Assembly: GCA_030141605.1 (NCBI GenBank)
Contig: JAQGDQ010000018.1
Location: forward strand, 1 to 64,000
Direction of reading: 5' to 3'
DNA: 64,000 nucleotides
Source of the DNA: Tubiluchus corallicola
Taxonomy: Eukaryota > Animalia > Priapulida
A model generated the notes under the pieces. That model searched no databases. It saw only the letters and a program-made list of their open reading frames with translations, and was not told the DNA's origin. Below, piece after piece: positions 52,501 through 64,000 of this stretch; within the stretch, counting starts at the first letter, position 1; each line of letters begins with the position of its first letter. The position numbers and the translations under genes are program-made.

Positions 52501-55500
52501 GCCATAATAAGGTTTGTAATATTTGCTCGAGAGTTAGTTACACGATATATTCCATCATTTACAAATGCTTTTGAAAACTTGGAAAAATGCATTCTTGTTA
52601 GCATTTGGTTTTACACCGAAAACTCATTAATCTCTTAACCGAAAACCTAATTTTTGTTTATTCAGAGCTGAAGGAAGAAAATATGAAAAGGCTAAGGAAT
52701 GGCGCATGCCTATAGTAAACGTACAGTGGCTGAATGATCTGCTGTTGGGACAGCAAGAGCCACTACGGATTACAGAAGCTCCGAAATATACACTCTTTGG
52801 GCAAGCTGATCCATTTAAATGGGATTATTCAGTAGTACCCCATATTATGGGTGAGTAATATGATTACAGTGTTCCCTCACTTATCGCGGGTGTTCTGTTC
52901 CAGGCTCAGACCCACATTAAGTGAATTTCCGCGAAGTAGGGACGCTACATTTATTTAATACTTACACGTTTGGGTGGCATCGTAGGGCTTGAATAAATTC
53001 AGTTTCTAACGAAAATTTCGCAAATAGCGTAGAAGAAAACAAATTGAGCCAATCAGCGACTATTATACAGAGCAGCATTCTCTGGTAGGTCGCTTTCCAT
53101 CAATCAACCAATCGTGTGTTGTGTACAATCTTACATTGGCAAGTAGCATCTCAAGTGGGCGCAAGTACTACATTTCGTTTTTCGTGTGCTTTCATCCGCC
53201 GAATAAATACACTGTTTACTGTAAATGGTAATTTTTTATGATTTATAATATTCTTTCAAAACCAGAGAAACAGCGAGTCCACGATAAACGAACTGCAAAG
53301 TAGCGAGAGAACACTGTATTGTATTGAAACTTACTGATAACTTAAATAGCATGCACACATGCCACATGCACTTGCAGGAAAGTAAATATTTTACCAAAAA
53401 ATGTAAAATTTTGAATGTCAAAAAACCTATACTAGGAATGCAGATATTCTTTTTTTAAATTTATTGTTTATCAAATTGCTTTTATTGAACGTTTCTGTGC
53501 TGGTTTTTCAAAAAAAACATTATTCTAGCAGTGGAACTCGATTATGTTCTCAAGCTAATACACGAACTTCTTTTTAATTTAAAATTGTTTCTATTGCTTT
53601 GAAACTAACTGGCTTTTTGACTGGTTCTCTGGCTTGTAAAAATGCATTTCGTTCTATTGTGCAGTTTCATTTCATCACAAAAATAACTTACTTTCGTTTA
53701 ACTTAGCTGCTTGGAAAATGCCTATTGCTGTCAGTCAGGAACAATGGAAAAATATTGTTACTGTTACAAGCATGAAGATGATGAAACAAGAAGAAAATTT
53801 GCCACATAAACGAAAACATGTCCCATCGAATCCTTCCTTTAGTAAAAAATCTCGGTAAGTTTCTGCTTATTCATCAAAAATCTCAGTAAGTTTCTAAATC
53901 TCGTGTAACTAACTACCCAACATCTGACTTGAAGTGGAATTCTATATAAGTGAGGTCCCTGAAAACTAATTGCATAGAACGTTTTTCTTTTTTCTAGGTT
54001 ATTTCCTCAGTTAACAGAAACCGAACTGCAACTTGTACATTACAAGAAGATTGTGCTGTTCACTGGATTTGCAAAAGACTCTGTTGGTGATATGTCAAAG
54101 GTCATAAAAATATTTGTTTCTGTGTTCACTGCAGTATACTTATCAACTGTTTCTTGCAAACTTTTTTGGAAGAAATCCCCAAAGAATTGTTTTAACAAAT
54201 GTCTTTTCCGCAGCATCTGTTTTAGACATTGATTAGCATAATAATTTACTGACAGTTTCTATTAATTCTTCATTAGTTTCTTTGAAGTTGCTATTAGTTG
54301 TTATTTCCTGCGACAAAGATCAGCTAACTAAAGTTGCATCAGTAGCTAGCTCATTAACACAACAGCTTCCGGAATCACATATAAAGTCTTTTTCCTAAAA
54401 TTTACTCTCAAATCTACAGGTAAATTACCTTGTTCATTTAGCAGGTTATGTCTATACCATTTTCCCCTTGTATTAAGTAGAGCGCAAAAATGTTCCATTC
54501 TGCTTTTGCTGTCCTGTATTCTCAACTTAAAGGTATTTTTATTTGTACGTAGTGGTTACTTCATTCATATTCAAGCTATTTAGGCGTCATTATCCAAAGC
54601 TCCAAAATCTTTTACCTTTCTTTCACAATTTATATCTGTACTGCTACTTCACTTTGTTTTATTAGAACTTAACATTCTAGTTCAGCAGCTGTTTTACTTA
54701 GTAACCCTTGCAAATTCTGAGTGAAATTTTGATTAATTATTTAATATATATATATTTAGCTGCTTGTTTTTGTTGTACAGAAAGTAATAAGTTTGGGTGG
54801 TGAAGTTGCTGTGTCACCAGAGAACTGTACGCATGTTGTTTCAAGTTCTGTGCAGAGAACAGTCAAATTTCTCTGCGCTGTTAGCAAAGCCAGATTTGTT
54901 GTCAGTCCGAATTGGATTGAAGCAAGTTTCCGTCAGGGTGCTTTTGTGGGTATGTATTTATTCACCCTTTGTACTTAATTAGATTGTCTGACATTTTTTC
55001 AGAATTAATTCTGAGTGTTCTTTGAGCAGGTTTTTTGGCTGTGTTTACCATCTGTACAAGTTGAGTGTTTATTGTATTACTGATAATGGTATGACTGCAG
55101 TATGTACCTTGATAAAATCTTAATATAAGAAAAAAATAATTTTATTCTGTATAGATGAATACAAATATGGCCTAGAGGATTTGGAAGCAGAAAAAGAGTT
55201 TGACTTCAACTTAAGAGAATCTTTGCTCAGAGCTCATAGTAGACCAATTTTTCAGGTAAGTTAAAATGAGTTTTACACTTTCAGAAATTAAAATTTATTT
55301 ACTCGTACATTTAACAGTAAAACAGAATCTCAGAGTGAAGTGAAAATCAAAGGTATACATACCCATATCACTGTACATGCATCTGTGTTACTGACTGGAC
55401 TTGTTCACAGGTCTTCGGGTAATTCAAATTCCTCTTGATGACTCCAAGTGTGGTGTTGCCTGTGTGTGGTGTAAATCATGTGTTGTCTTGAGAAGTCTAT

Positions 55501-56544
55501 AGTTCTTTTGGAGCAAAGAATTTCATTTTAGTCTAGGACAGATGAAATAATTACATATGAACTTTCTGGACAAGTGCAGGCCTTAGTTCCTGATAGAAAT
55601 TAAAGTTATTTGCGTTTATTCCATGAATTTGTTCAAACTTTCATCCATTAAATTTCAGGGATATACATTTTACGTCACACCCAGTGTGCATCCTCCTCCT
55701 ACTGTGCTAAGGGCTATTATAGAATGTGCAGGGGGCACAGTTGTTGCTCGCCGGCCATCTTGCAAAAATATACTTGAACTTAATCAGGTAAGTCTTGAAT
55801 ACAGAAGGATTTTTGCAGCTTTTGCTGTTTTATAACTGCATAGCTACTATAAATTCAAAAATTTTGGAAAGGCTCATCTTTCAGGATGTAATATTATATT
55901 TAAATCTTTACTAATCTCTGTGTCACTTTTCACATTGCAGGAGTATTTTTATGGCACCAGTATAGTTAAGAAAAAATACCATGCACCATGTAAGTGAAAT
56001 CACTTTCTAAATTTTCCAGAATACTGTTCGCTTTGTAAATATATCCTGTGAAGACGACCAGCAGCTGTGCAAAGATCTAGACAGGTTCAAAATACGTAAG
56101 TAATAATTATTTTTTTGCAGATTTGGATACAAGTTGAGTTTGATCTTTTTTTGTATTGAGATTATGTAACTAGACAGTAATAAATATTTATGTGGAAAGC
56201 CAGTTTGGTAAACAAAAGGAAGCAGATCATTTGATGTTTGCAGTTCAGGTATTTTGTTTGTTGCAAAAATAATTTGTTTGAAGCCATAAAATAAGTTGCA
56301 ATTGATTTAGTAGTAATGAAAGATTCAACAGTTTTTAATCTAGAGTTAAGGAAAACATATCGTATGAGGTACGAATGAGTTCCTCTTTACTGTTCTGTAG
56401 CCAACACTGTTATCAAAATGTTTAGGTGTTGTGTTTCTTTGTGTTGCAGCTGTGTACAATGCAGAGTTTGTCCTTATTGGAGTTCTAAGACAAGAGGTTG
56501 ATTTGAGTGAATTTGTGCTTAAAAAGTCATCGTCTGCTTCATGA
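43531..56544 (+). CDS. PAXIP1: PAX-interacting protein 1 (PTIP), six BRCT domains with a Q/P/S/M-rich linker, complete CDS, 1174 aa
   Basis: Exons: 43531-43623, 44053-44190, 45863-45906, 46484-46547, 46661-46774, 46906-48714, 49386-49520, 51993-52114, 52666-52850, 53707-53854, 53998-54100, 54781-54949, 55155-55255, 55659-55787, 56020-56095, 56450-56544 (TGA). The total of 3525 nt is in frame. Motifs [39 protein letters not shown]...[63 protein letters not shown] and [14 protein letters not shown] match the PTIP BRCT1-6 layout. Confidence 0.96.
45479..45575. repeat. (CTA/CTG)n trinucleotide tract in PAXIP1 intron 2
   Basis: tactactgctactgcagttgctactgct...gctgctgct...actactactact is directly visible. 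Confidence 0.8.
45907..46483 (+). other. U12-type (minor spliceosome) GT-AG intron, PAXIP1 intron 3
   Basis: The 5' splice site is GTATCCTTT (canonical U12). The branch site TACCTTGAC at 46461-46469 lies about 15 nt upstream of the AG, with no long polypyrimidine tract. Splicing restores CQLP|LTAFNP in frame (phase 2). Confidence 0.9.
51004..51881. mobile_element. piggyBac-like non-autonomous element hosting a nested hAT MITE
   Basis: TTAA|CCCACAGAAG on the left and CTGCTGTGGG|TTTA on the right give CCC...GGG termini with a TTAA-type target. Confidence 0.5.
51460..51857. mobile_element. hAT-type MITE with TTCGAA-rich subterminal repeats
   Basis: Termini TTGGGGTGAGC...GCTCACCCCTA with a perfect 8-bp TSD, CTGAAAAA (51452-51459 and 51858-51865). 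Confidence 0.8.
52287..52504. mobile_element. PIF/Harbinger (Tourist-like) MITE, 218 bp
   Basis: ~50-bp imperfect TIRs TGGCAC(G/A)TTCAGACATAGA..CTTCTCT(G/T)GCAACTTGTTGT flanked by a TAA TSD on both sides (52284-52286, 52505-52507). Internal GCAACTTCTCT repeats. Confidence 0.85.
52867..53200. mobile_element. Tigger/pogo-like element fragment (one end only)
   Basis: TA|CAGTGTTCCCTCACTTATCGCGGG terminus with an internal inverted partner CCGCGAAGTAGGGA near 52930. The far end was not found, so the right coordinate is approximate. Confidence 0.45.
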
Positions 56545-56850
56545 ACATTGATATACTTGTTTGCTAGCAAGTATACAAAATAAAAGAATGTAGTACATAG
56601 AAAAGAAGGAAAGTTTTTTACCTTTTACGCTGTCTAGTTACATTAGTTTGACGTTAAGTTACACAGTTTATAATTTTATGCAGTGAGTAAGCATCAAATA
56701 ATTTTGCATTGTTAGTTAATAGTTACTTTTATTATCACCTTTTTATAAAATGTGCAGTTATACTGTTTATCACTATGTTTATTATTTAATTAGTTAGTAG
56801 GCTAGGTAGAACATTGATGCAACAGTGGGAGTTCATTTTTTTAATATGTA

Positions 56851-56856
56851 AATAAA
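56851..56856 (+). terminator. Candidate polyadenylation signal of PAXIP1
   Basis: AATAAA about 310 nt after the stop, followed by T/GT-rich sequence. Another AATAAA lies near 56579. Confidence 0.35.
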
Positions 56857-57594
56857 AAATAACTATAGATTGTAAGGCAATTGCCCATAATTTGTATAAC
56901 ACATTGTGTAATTTATAATGAATTTTGAGGAAAATTTATTGTTTGTGAATTCTTTTTATAGTTGTTATTTATCAAATTTAAATTTGTATGGTTGCTTTTA
57001 CATATGTGTTTTAATAATTCAGAAAAGTTTAGTATAGTACAAACTGTTTTTGTTGTTCGTTGACATTTGTGAAGTTTTGTCTGCAGAGTTAATTAATCTC
57101 CTTAATGCTTACATGTACTGCACTGATAATCCTGTTATGTGCTCATTTACATTTTAGGTGAGCAAAAGCAAAGCAACATGTTTTCACTGTAAGATCGTGA
57201 TCTTTGCAATAGCAAGCCATATTGCACTGATTAAAAATAAGCTCTCCTTCATTATAATCAAGGTTTGCATTCTGTACAGCTGGGTGGCTTCTATACCGAA
57301 TATACTAGAAAAAAACTTACAAGCAATTCAAAATAAGGGCATACATTAAAACTTTTAACAAAAATTTACAAAACACCGTCATAAAAGACGCAGAAAATAT
57401 TGTAAAAACAAAAAAAGACAAATGGAAATTATCAAATAATGAGATTATTGCTATGCTGAACGTTCCCAAACGAGTAACGCAAAGAGAAAAAAATTAAAAA
57501 ATAAAGAAATTCAAACAATAATTAAACATTTCACTAAACAAGAAAGACAAAATACAATGAACACTAACAATGTGATCATTTTCAACTAATAGAA

Positions 57595-60500
57595 CTAATG
57601 TTCGCTGTCCACAATTACGTGGTGCTCCATGTTACCCTGAGCAGTAATGACGTCTTCATGTATAATGTGTATTTCACCAGTGTTTAAATCTTTGATGGTG
57701 TGAGTTGTAACCTGTGATCTGTCACTTGCATTTGCAACAGTCTTTATTGTGTATTCTGTTCCTCGCTTCAATGTTAGCTCCTGCACAAACAAATAAAATG
57801 TGATAAATTACAAAAGTGCAATATTACCTACACATGATTAGTAACTAAGTGGTAATTAAATTAAAGTTGGATATAATATGATTGAAACACATTATTCTGT
57901 GAACTTAAGTTTGATAATGCACAAGCATGTGTTGTGTATTTTTCACATGAATTTAAACTTGTTAAACAAATTTTACGTCGGTACAAATGACAGCTGGAAC
58001 AATCTATTTTACATGCAGTCTGTTCTTCTAAATTGTTATACTGTAAAAACATGATGTAAAATTATATTTACTGATAGCTTTTTAGTTGGTGGCAAATCCG
58101 CATTGTCTTCATGCAAACCAGTTTGCCCAAGCTGTGACTCTGTGTTTGCCTCTTTTTGCTCAAATGACAATCCTGTGTTCACTTCAAACAATTCTTGTTG
58201 CTCAGGTTCGCAATTTTCAAATTTTTCAGTTTCAAATTCTAAAAAAAGAAAATTCTTCTTGATCATTGGCTGCATCCAACCACTTTTTTATACTGTCGTA
58301 GTAAGAGGCAATAACCTTGACTTTTGCAAAGTTATGATTCAAAGTTTCCTACAGATGACAAAGACTGCACATGTTGAGAACTGGTGCCCAAAATAAAATT
58401 GCATCAAAATTACATGAGCCATATTTAAACAAAAAACTCGGATTATGCAAAAATTGATGTTACTCTTTACAAAAAATGTTTTACTGAATCCATTTAAGTC
58501 TATTGTATTGTTAAGAAAGGAAATACATGAAACTGCTTTCTAGTTCCCATTTTACCTACTGTATAAAAATTGCCTATCACAGGCAATTTTTTAAGAATAT
58601 TGTCTGATAAAGACAATTTACCTTCTAGATTAGTTTCCAGTCGGAGGTTTTCTGCATGCTCTATATCTTCATCTGAAATTATCAACTGTTGCACGTGGTG
58701 ATCGGTGATACCATCTTCTTGATAAAAATCTTCAGTCTGCAAATCTCGTGGTGATATCTAGTATATTTATCACAAAAAAGTAAGAATTGAAACTCGTGAG
58801 GCTATCAATAAGTTATTAAATCAACACTCAGCAAGTAGTATGTTTCCAACCAGCTGTCTTGGAGCTCATTCTAAAACAACTTGTTTCACAGACTTTGCAC
58901 TGTGAAATGAATTTATTGAGACATGACAGTTCCTTTGACATGCTAATAGTAATAGGTCTTGCTATAGGTAGTGAATAAGCCCATTAGACCTAATATGTTC
59001 ATTAATTGGTTTAAGTAGCCTGTCACTTGCTTTAAATAATAGGTTTGATGTTAACTGACTATCACAATATAAACTGAAAGAGGGAGAAGGGGAACTAGGC
59101 AAGATATGTAAGGTTACCTTTTTACTACTACAAATGGTTTTAACTCATATGTAGAAGACAGTAAGATCTTAGTATTGAAGTACATTATTAGTAGTAATTT
59201 ATTATTTCTACCTAACATAGCGACTCTTATCATTACATTCATAAATTGATGTCATAGTTATTATATGAAGAATAATTATATAAATTAGTCCAAAATTGTA
59301 TCAACGTAATCTACATTAATCATTGTCATTTGTCTCATTCTCGTCAAGTAAAAATACATACATTATAATTAAACACTGGTTTATGGCTTCAGTATGCAAT
59401 ATTCCAGCATATTCAATTAGTTTTTCAACTATTTAGATGTCTCTTCCACCTTTTTTCAATAAAAAAATATTCAAAACGCTCATTTCTGCAACAATGCAGT
59501 TAATGTGCTTTTTAACAATGATAGTGAACCAAAAATGCAATATCAGAAGATTTAGCTATTGTGTAAATCTTCAATCAGTCATATCAAGTTTATAAATACA
59601 CATACAAAATTGTTTCTCAAGTGATTTTCAACTCGAACTGTCAACAGAAAATTCAGAATCTTCTCATAGATCAAAGTAATTTCTACTTTACTTTGCTTAA
59701 ATACTTCGTTCTTCGATTTTGTACTGGGAAATTTTTTATAATGGACTGTTACACAATTGATCATGATCAGACTTTCAGCATGTTATTCATTTGTTCAAAG
59801 AAGTATAGCTAAACGAGCTAACTTTCAATTTGATACCTCTTTCGTGTCAGCCGAACCAGCTATGCTAGCAGCACTGCTATCAGAGGTACCACTTACATCA
59901 CCTCTCGCCACATCAACATTCTCTGCAGGCTTGTCATTAGCTACATGATTGGCTGGAACACTGCTAGGACTGGTATCACCACTCCAAACAGACGGTTCCC
60001 GTTCCATAATATATTCAGCAAATGTCACTTCTGCATTTTTTACACTATGGCTACTGTTAGAACTATCAACTACAGAAAATGTAAAAAAGTTTGTAATTTT
60101 ATAATAAGATATCCTATCACTTTGTTTAGGCCTTCATTTGATATTTGTAACATGTACTCTCGATCAATAATTTCACACTAAATCCATTATTTCAGTAAAT
60201 TTTGAACTTGTTAATAGGATTCTGACCTGGTGGCAGTGGCGTAGTAGTTGCCTTAGCTATTTGTGATGGGAGAATCTTTGTATTATCAAAAGTATCCTTT
60301 AGTTCGGCATACAGCATTTGCTTCACAACATCAGTGGAGTACTCTTCATTGAAATCATATGGACCTATAATACCTAATGGACAATTAAAACTAACTAAAC
60401 AACTCAACTTGTCTAACAAATTTTGATCAAGCATAATTATCATTAAACATCAAAGAAAACTGCATCAAATACCCAACAAAATTACATTCAAACTTTGTTG

Positions 60501-63500
60501 CAATGAAGAAAATGCGTTGAATGCAGAAATATCTTAGGAAGCAAAATAAGTAATTAGTTTTACACATGTTTATAGTTTCTTCACCACTTACTCTGGTATC
60601 ATGCACAATATAAAACTTGTGGAATTATTTGAATAAAAATGCAAAAGTAACACTTGAAACAATAAAAAAGAAGAAACAAATTTTTTGCACCCTAAAGACA
60701 CTAAAGTTACAGTACATAAATACTTTTAGAAATACTGTATACTATAACTTTATCATTGAAAAAGCTAAACAAATGATATTTTAATACAATGTTTACTCAC
60801 AAACATCACTCTGCACTTTCTCATTATCGTTAACTTCATCTTGAGTTTCAACTTTTCCTTCACTTCTCACTGTATCTCCTTCTTCATGTTCTCCAGGTGG
60901 CACTGCAGTGCTCTTGTTATAGTGATGATCTTGTTTTGTGACTAATTACGATAATAAGTAAGGCAACAAAATAAGTGATTTTGTGTCGTCATTAATTTAC
61001 ACAAGACAAAACAAGTAATGACTACTAATTATTAACATAAGGGGCCCTTGGATGGGTATCTGTGAATCTTGTAGTGTGTTGTAACACAAAGCTTATAGCT
61101 GGTCTCATTGCCAACTAGAAGAAATGCTGTAAATTTCACAAGAAGATGCAAGGATTAATTACAAAATTGAATGTTTTCTCATGTTTTCCATACTAAAGGA
61201 GTTATTTTAAAATTTATAGTAAGATTTGAAAATGTGAAACCTTACCAGCTGTCATTCAAAACAAATATGATGAAGCCATTGTTTAAAAATGTTGCATGTC
61301 TTTCTAGATAAAATAATTCCTTATTCAAAATGGGCAGTAGTTCGCGTAATACGTATGAAGGCTACACCTCTGGAAAATTAAGCCCAAACTATGACCTTTT
61401 TAAAACGTCTGAAAGGGCTAAGTATTCAGAATTTGCAAAACAAAGGATATGCACAATTAGTTATACTTTTCACTATAAATTTACTTACCATCATCAAAGT
61501 GACATATTAAGGTGTATAAAATAACTTTCAAGAAAAACACGATAGCCCCACACATTGTTTCAATTATCAGACTTCTGGATGAATGGCATGGTTTAACTAA
61601 AAATATTTACAAAAACTAGTAACCTATGGGGCCCCCACTAATGAAATGGTTAAAAATGGCATTACTTATAGAAGTTATCCAATGCAAGTTTGTGTTTTAA
61701 ATAACAAAAGGAATTTATTTTAAAAGTAACTAACTTAAAGGAAACTACAACCAAGCTGAAGACTACTGACAAAATTTTCAACCTTTCGAATTTCTTCCAG
61801 AAGATGGTGACAAGAAAAAATGATGCACATAAATTGCAGGGTTTCTAATTTTATAAAGTTAAAGAAATTGTAACACTGTAGTTTTCAGTTATGAAAAAGA
61901 GATTTAGCTATATATGGTAATATTAATTTTAAGATCCTGACAATAATAATTTTTTCTAACAATACACTAAATGTCTTCTAAATAAACTCTTACTATTCCA
62001 AACTTAAACTGTTCTATACTTGCACAGTACAGCATACATGTACAAGGCCTTAGAAAAAAGCCTTTTTATTCAGCAGAATTCTCCAATAGTGCACATAATA
62101 AAAAAACTTATAAGATCTATATTTTAGCTTCTAATACTTTATTAGATTATTTGTAAAAAACCCATGAAAAATTCAACTGTTAAAACTACTAGCAAAAAAA
62201 TCTAGAAACTCTACTGGTATTACAACTATATAAAAAATTCAGAATATTTATAGAACTAGAACCTACAATTTTAGAACATGTGTCTACCCAATATATACCA
62301 AAACACATTTAAGATAAAGGTAATATTCTGCACTCACCAGGAATATGTGCATAATTGTCTGATTTACCAGTAGAATAATTTGGTGCGTAAGATGAGAAAT
62401 CCCCCTAAAACAAGGATAGAAACAATTTTAATAAATTTTAAACCAGCTGGTGCTAATTAAGAACATAATTATAACTGGTTTCAAGCTGAAAATTGCTATT
62501 TCTATCCCTGTTTGAGCTTTGGGATATCCCAACGGAAATCACATGGCACAAAACGATGAGCTATTCATTTTCTATTTGGTCGATTATTACGCAACTAACC
62601 TGGACGACAATCATAACTAAACAGACATTGGTATTCACTGTTGATTTACTTCAGACTAACAAAAAGCCCACCAAGTCTTTAACAAAATTAAGTGCAAAAT
62701 ATTTAAGAATATTAACCTATACGTGTAAAATTTAAAATATAAATATCGCAAAACATTGCACCAAGTACAATTATTTCTAAAATTCACAAAAATTTTAGTA
62801 TGTAAAATAGCTTAAACCAACATAATTTTAACTAACAGATCTATCCTTTGTAAATCGTTCAAAGAGCCAGTGAAATACACGAAAATAACTGAAATGGCCA
62901 GAAAAGTAAAGTTGTAAAGAGAAAGACCCTACATACTTAGTGAATTAAAACAGAGATTCAGAAGTAGTCACGATTTAATTACATACTTATTCGTACAAAA
63001 TTGCTCACGATTATTAGCATGCTAAGGAGGCATTAATGCACTCAGCGGGAGCCAGTGAAATACACGAAAATAACTGAAATGGCCAGAAAACTAAAGTTGT
63101 AAAGAGAAAGAACCAACATACCTTGTGAATTAAAACAGAGATTCAGAAGTAGTCACGATTTAATTACATACTTGTTCGTACAAAATTGCTCACGATTATT
63201 AGCATGCTAAGGAGGCATTAATAGCACTCAGCGGATATGGCAAAATTGTTTGGTTAAGATTAATTAACGGGAATCATAATCCTTCCAGGAAAATTACATA
63301 ATCAATAAAGCACTGAAAATGTGCTTGCCTGAAACTTAGCCAAAACTAGTCCACGCAGCTGAGTACAAGGCATCATTGCTGCAAAAAGACGCTTCAGCAA
63401 AGGGCTCGATCTACCTGAACTAGCCTGTATCAATCACAGAAATTTGTTTGAATGTGAACAAACCAACTAAACAAAAGCAACAGCACATTCAAACAAATTT

Positions 63501-63705
63501 ACAATAAACTACAACAAATTAAAGTGTGAATAACTGAGTTCCTATAAAAAAACTACATTTAATAATAGTGTAAATAGAAAACTTAGTAGCACACGTATGA
63601 TTGCTGCTCTATTTCCGGTGCAGTGTAGACAGATCGCACGTGTATGTTACTCGGGTACGAATCTCTCGATTTGTCAGGAGATAAGCTCTTGTTCCTCAGA
63701 ATATT
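57595..63705 (-). CDS. Unidentified acidic, low-complexity protein, 3' portion (at least 9 exons; continues beyond the window)
   Basis: Phase-consistent exons (minus strand): 63705-63595, 63424-63329 (GC donor), 62404-62338, 60941-60801, 60364-60227, 60069-59837, 58757-58622, 58238-58072, 57780-57595 (TAG). The joined frame is open throughout (NILRNKSLSPDK...SSPLLKRLFAAMMPCTQLRGLVLAKFQ|GDFSSY...EHHVIVDSEH*). I recognise no domain. Confidence 0.75.
62864..63234. repeat. Recent 185-bp tandem duplication (2 copies)
   Basis: GAGCCAGTGAAATACACG...GCACTCAGCGG starts at 62864 and again at 63049, with only a handful of substitutions and one small indel. Confidence 0.95.
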
Positions 63706-64000
63706 CTAAAAGAAAACGTCTTACATTATTCATTCCATGAAAACAGGTTCATTATACAATATAAAAGGTCAACTAAAAGAATATCAGTGGATTTGCTAAT
63801 CAGATAATATGCTAGCAAATTAAAATATATGAAAATAAAATAATGTACATGTTATTGAATTGAAATGTGAAGGCAATTAGCCACTGTGGATGCATAATGT
63901 CCATGTATAATACATTATAACTTACAGATAGATAGATTAACTGATAAGTGGGAAATACTGACAAATTGTCAACAAAGATCTTTTTTTCACCAAATTCACA

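Noticed and set aside
52240-52638. Four overlapping ORFs on both strands
   Set aside because: They arise from the palindromic Harbinger-type MITE.

Overview
AT-rich, intron-rich animal (probably invertebrate) genomic DNA; there are no prokaryotic features. I reconstructed four spliced genes by hand from splice sites and reading-frame continuity. (1) The 3' part of a ZNF385/matrin-type C2H2 zinc-finger gene (+, 21831-24065; 5' exons not found). (2) A complete DCAF7/WDR68 gene (-, 8 coding exons, 352 aa). (3) A complete PAXIP1/PTIP six-BRCT gene (+, 16 coding exons, 1174 aa), head-to-head with DCAF7 and carrying a clear U12 minor-spliceosome intron. (4) The 3' part of an unidentified acidic, low-complexity protein gene (-, at least 9 exons, one probable GC-AG intron) running off the right edge. 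The rest is intron or intergenic DNA with many DNA-transposon relics (pogo/Tigger, MULE-like foldback, hAT, PIF/Harbinger, piggyBac-like), a CR1/L2-type LINE fragment, tRNA-derived repeats and simple repeats. The most notable oddities are the U12 intron, a candidate sterically exclusive PAXIP1 exon, a 14-nt 5'UTR/3'UTR complementarity in DCAF7, a regionally enriched TAGGCCTA palindrome and the orphan gene. I found no convincing wholly new multi-gene system. All family assignments rest on recalled motifs, not database searches.
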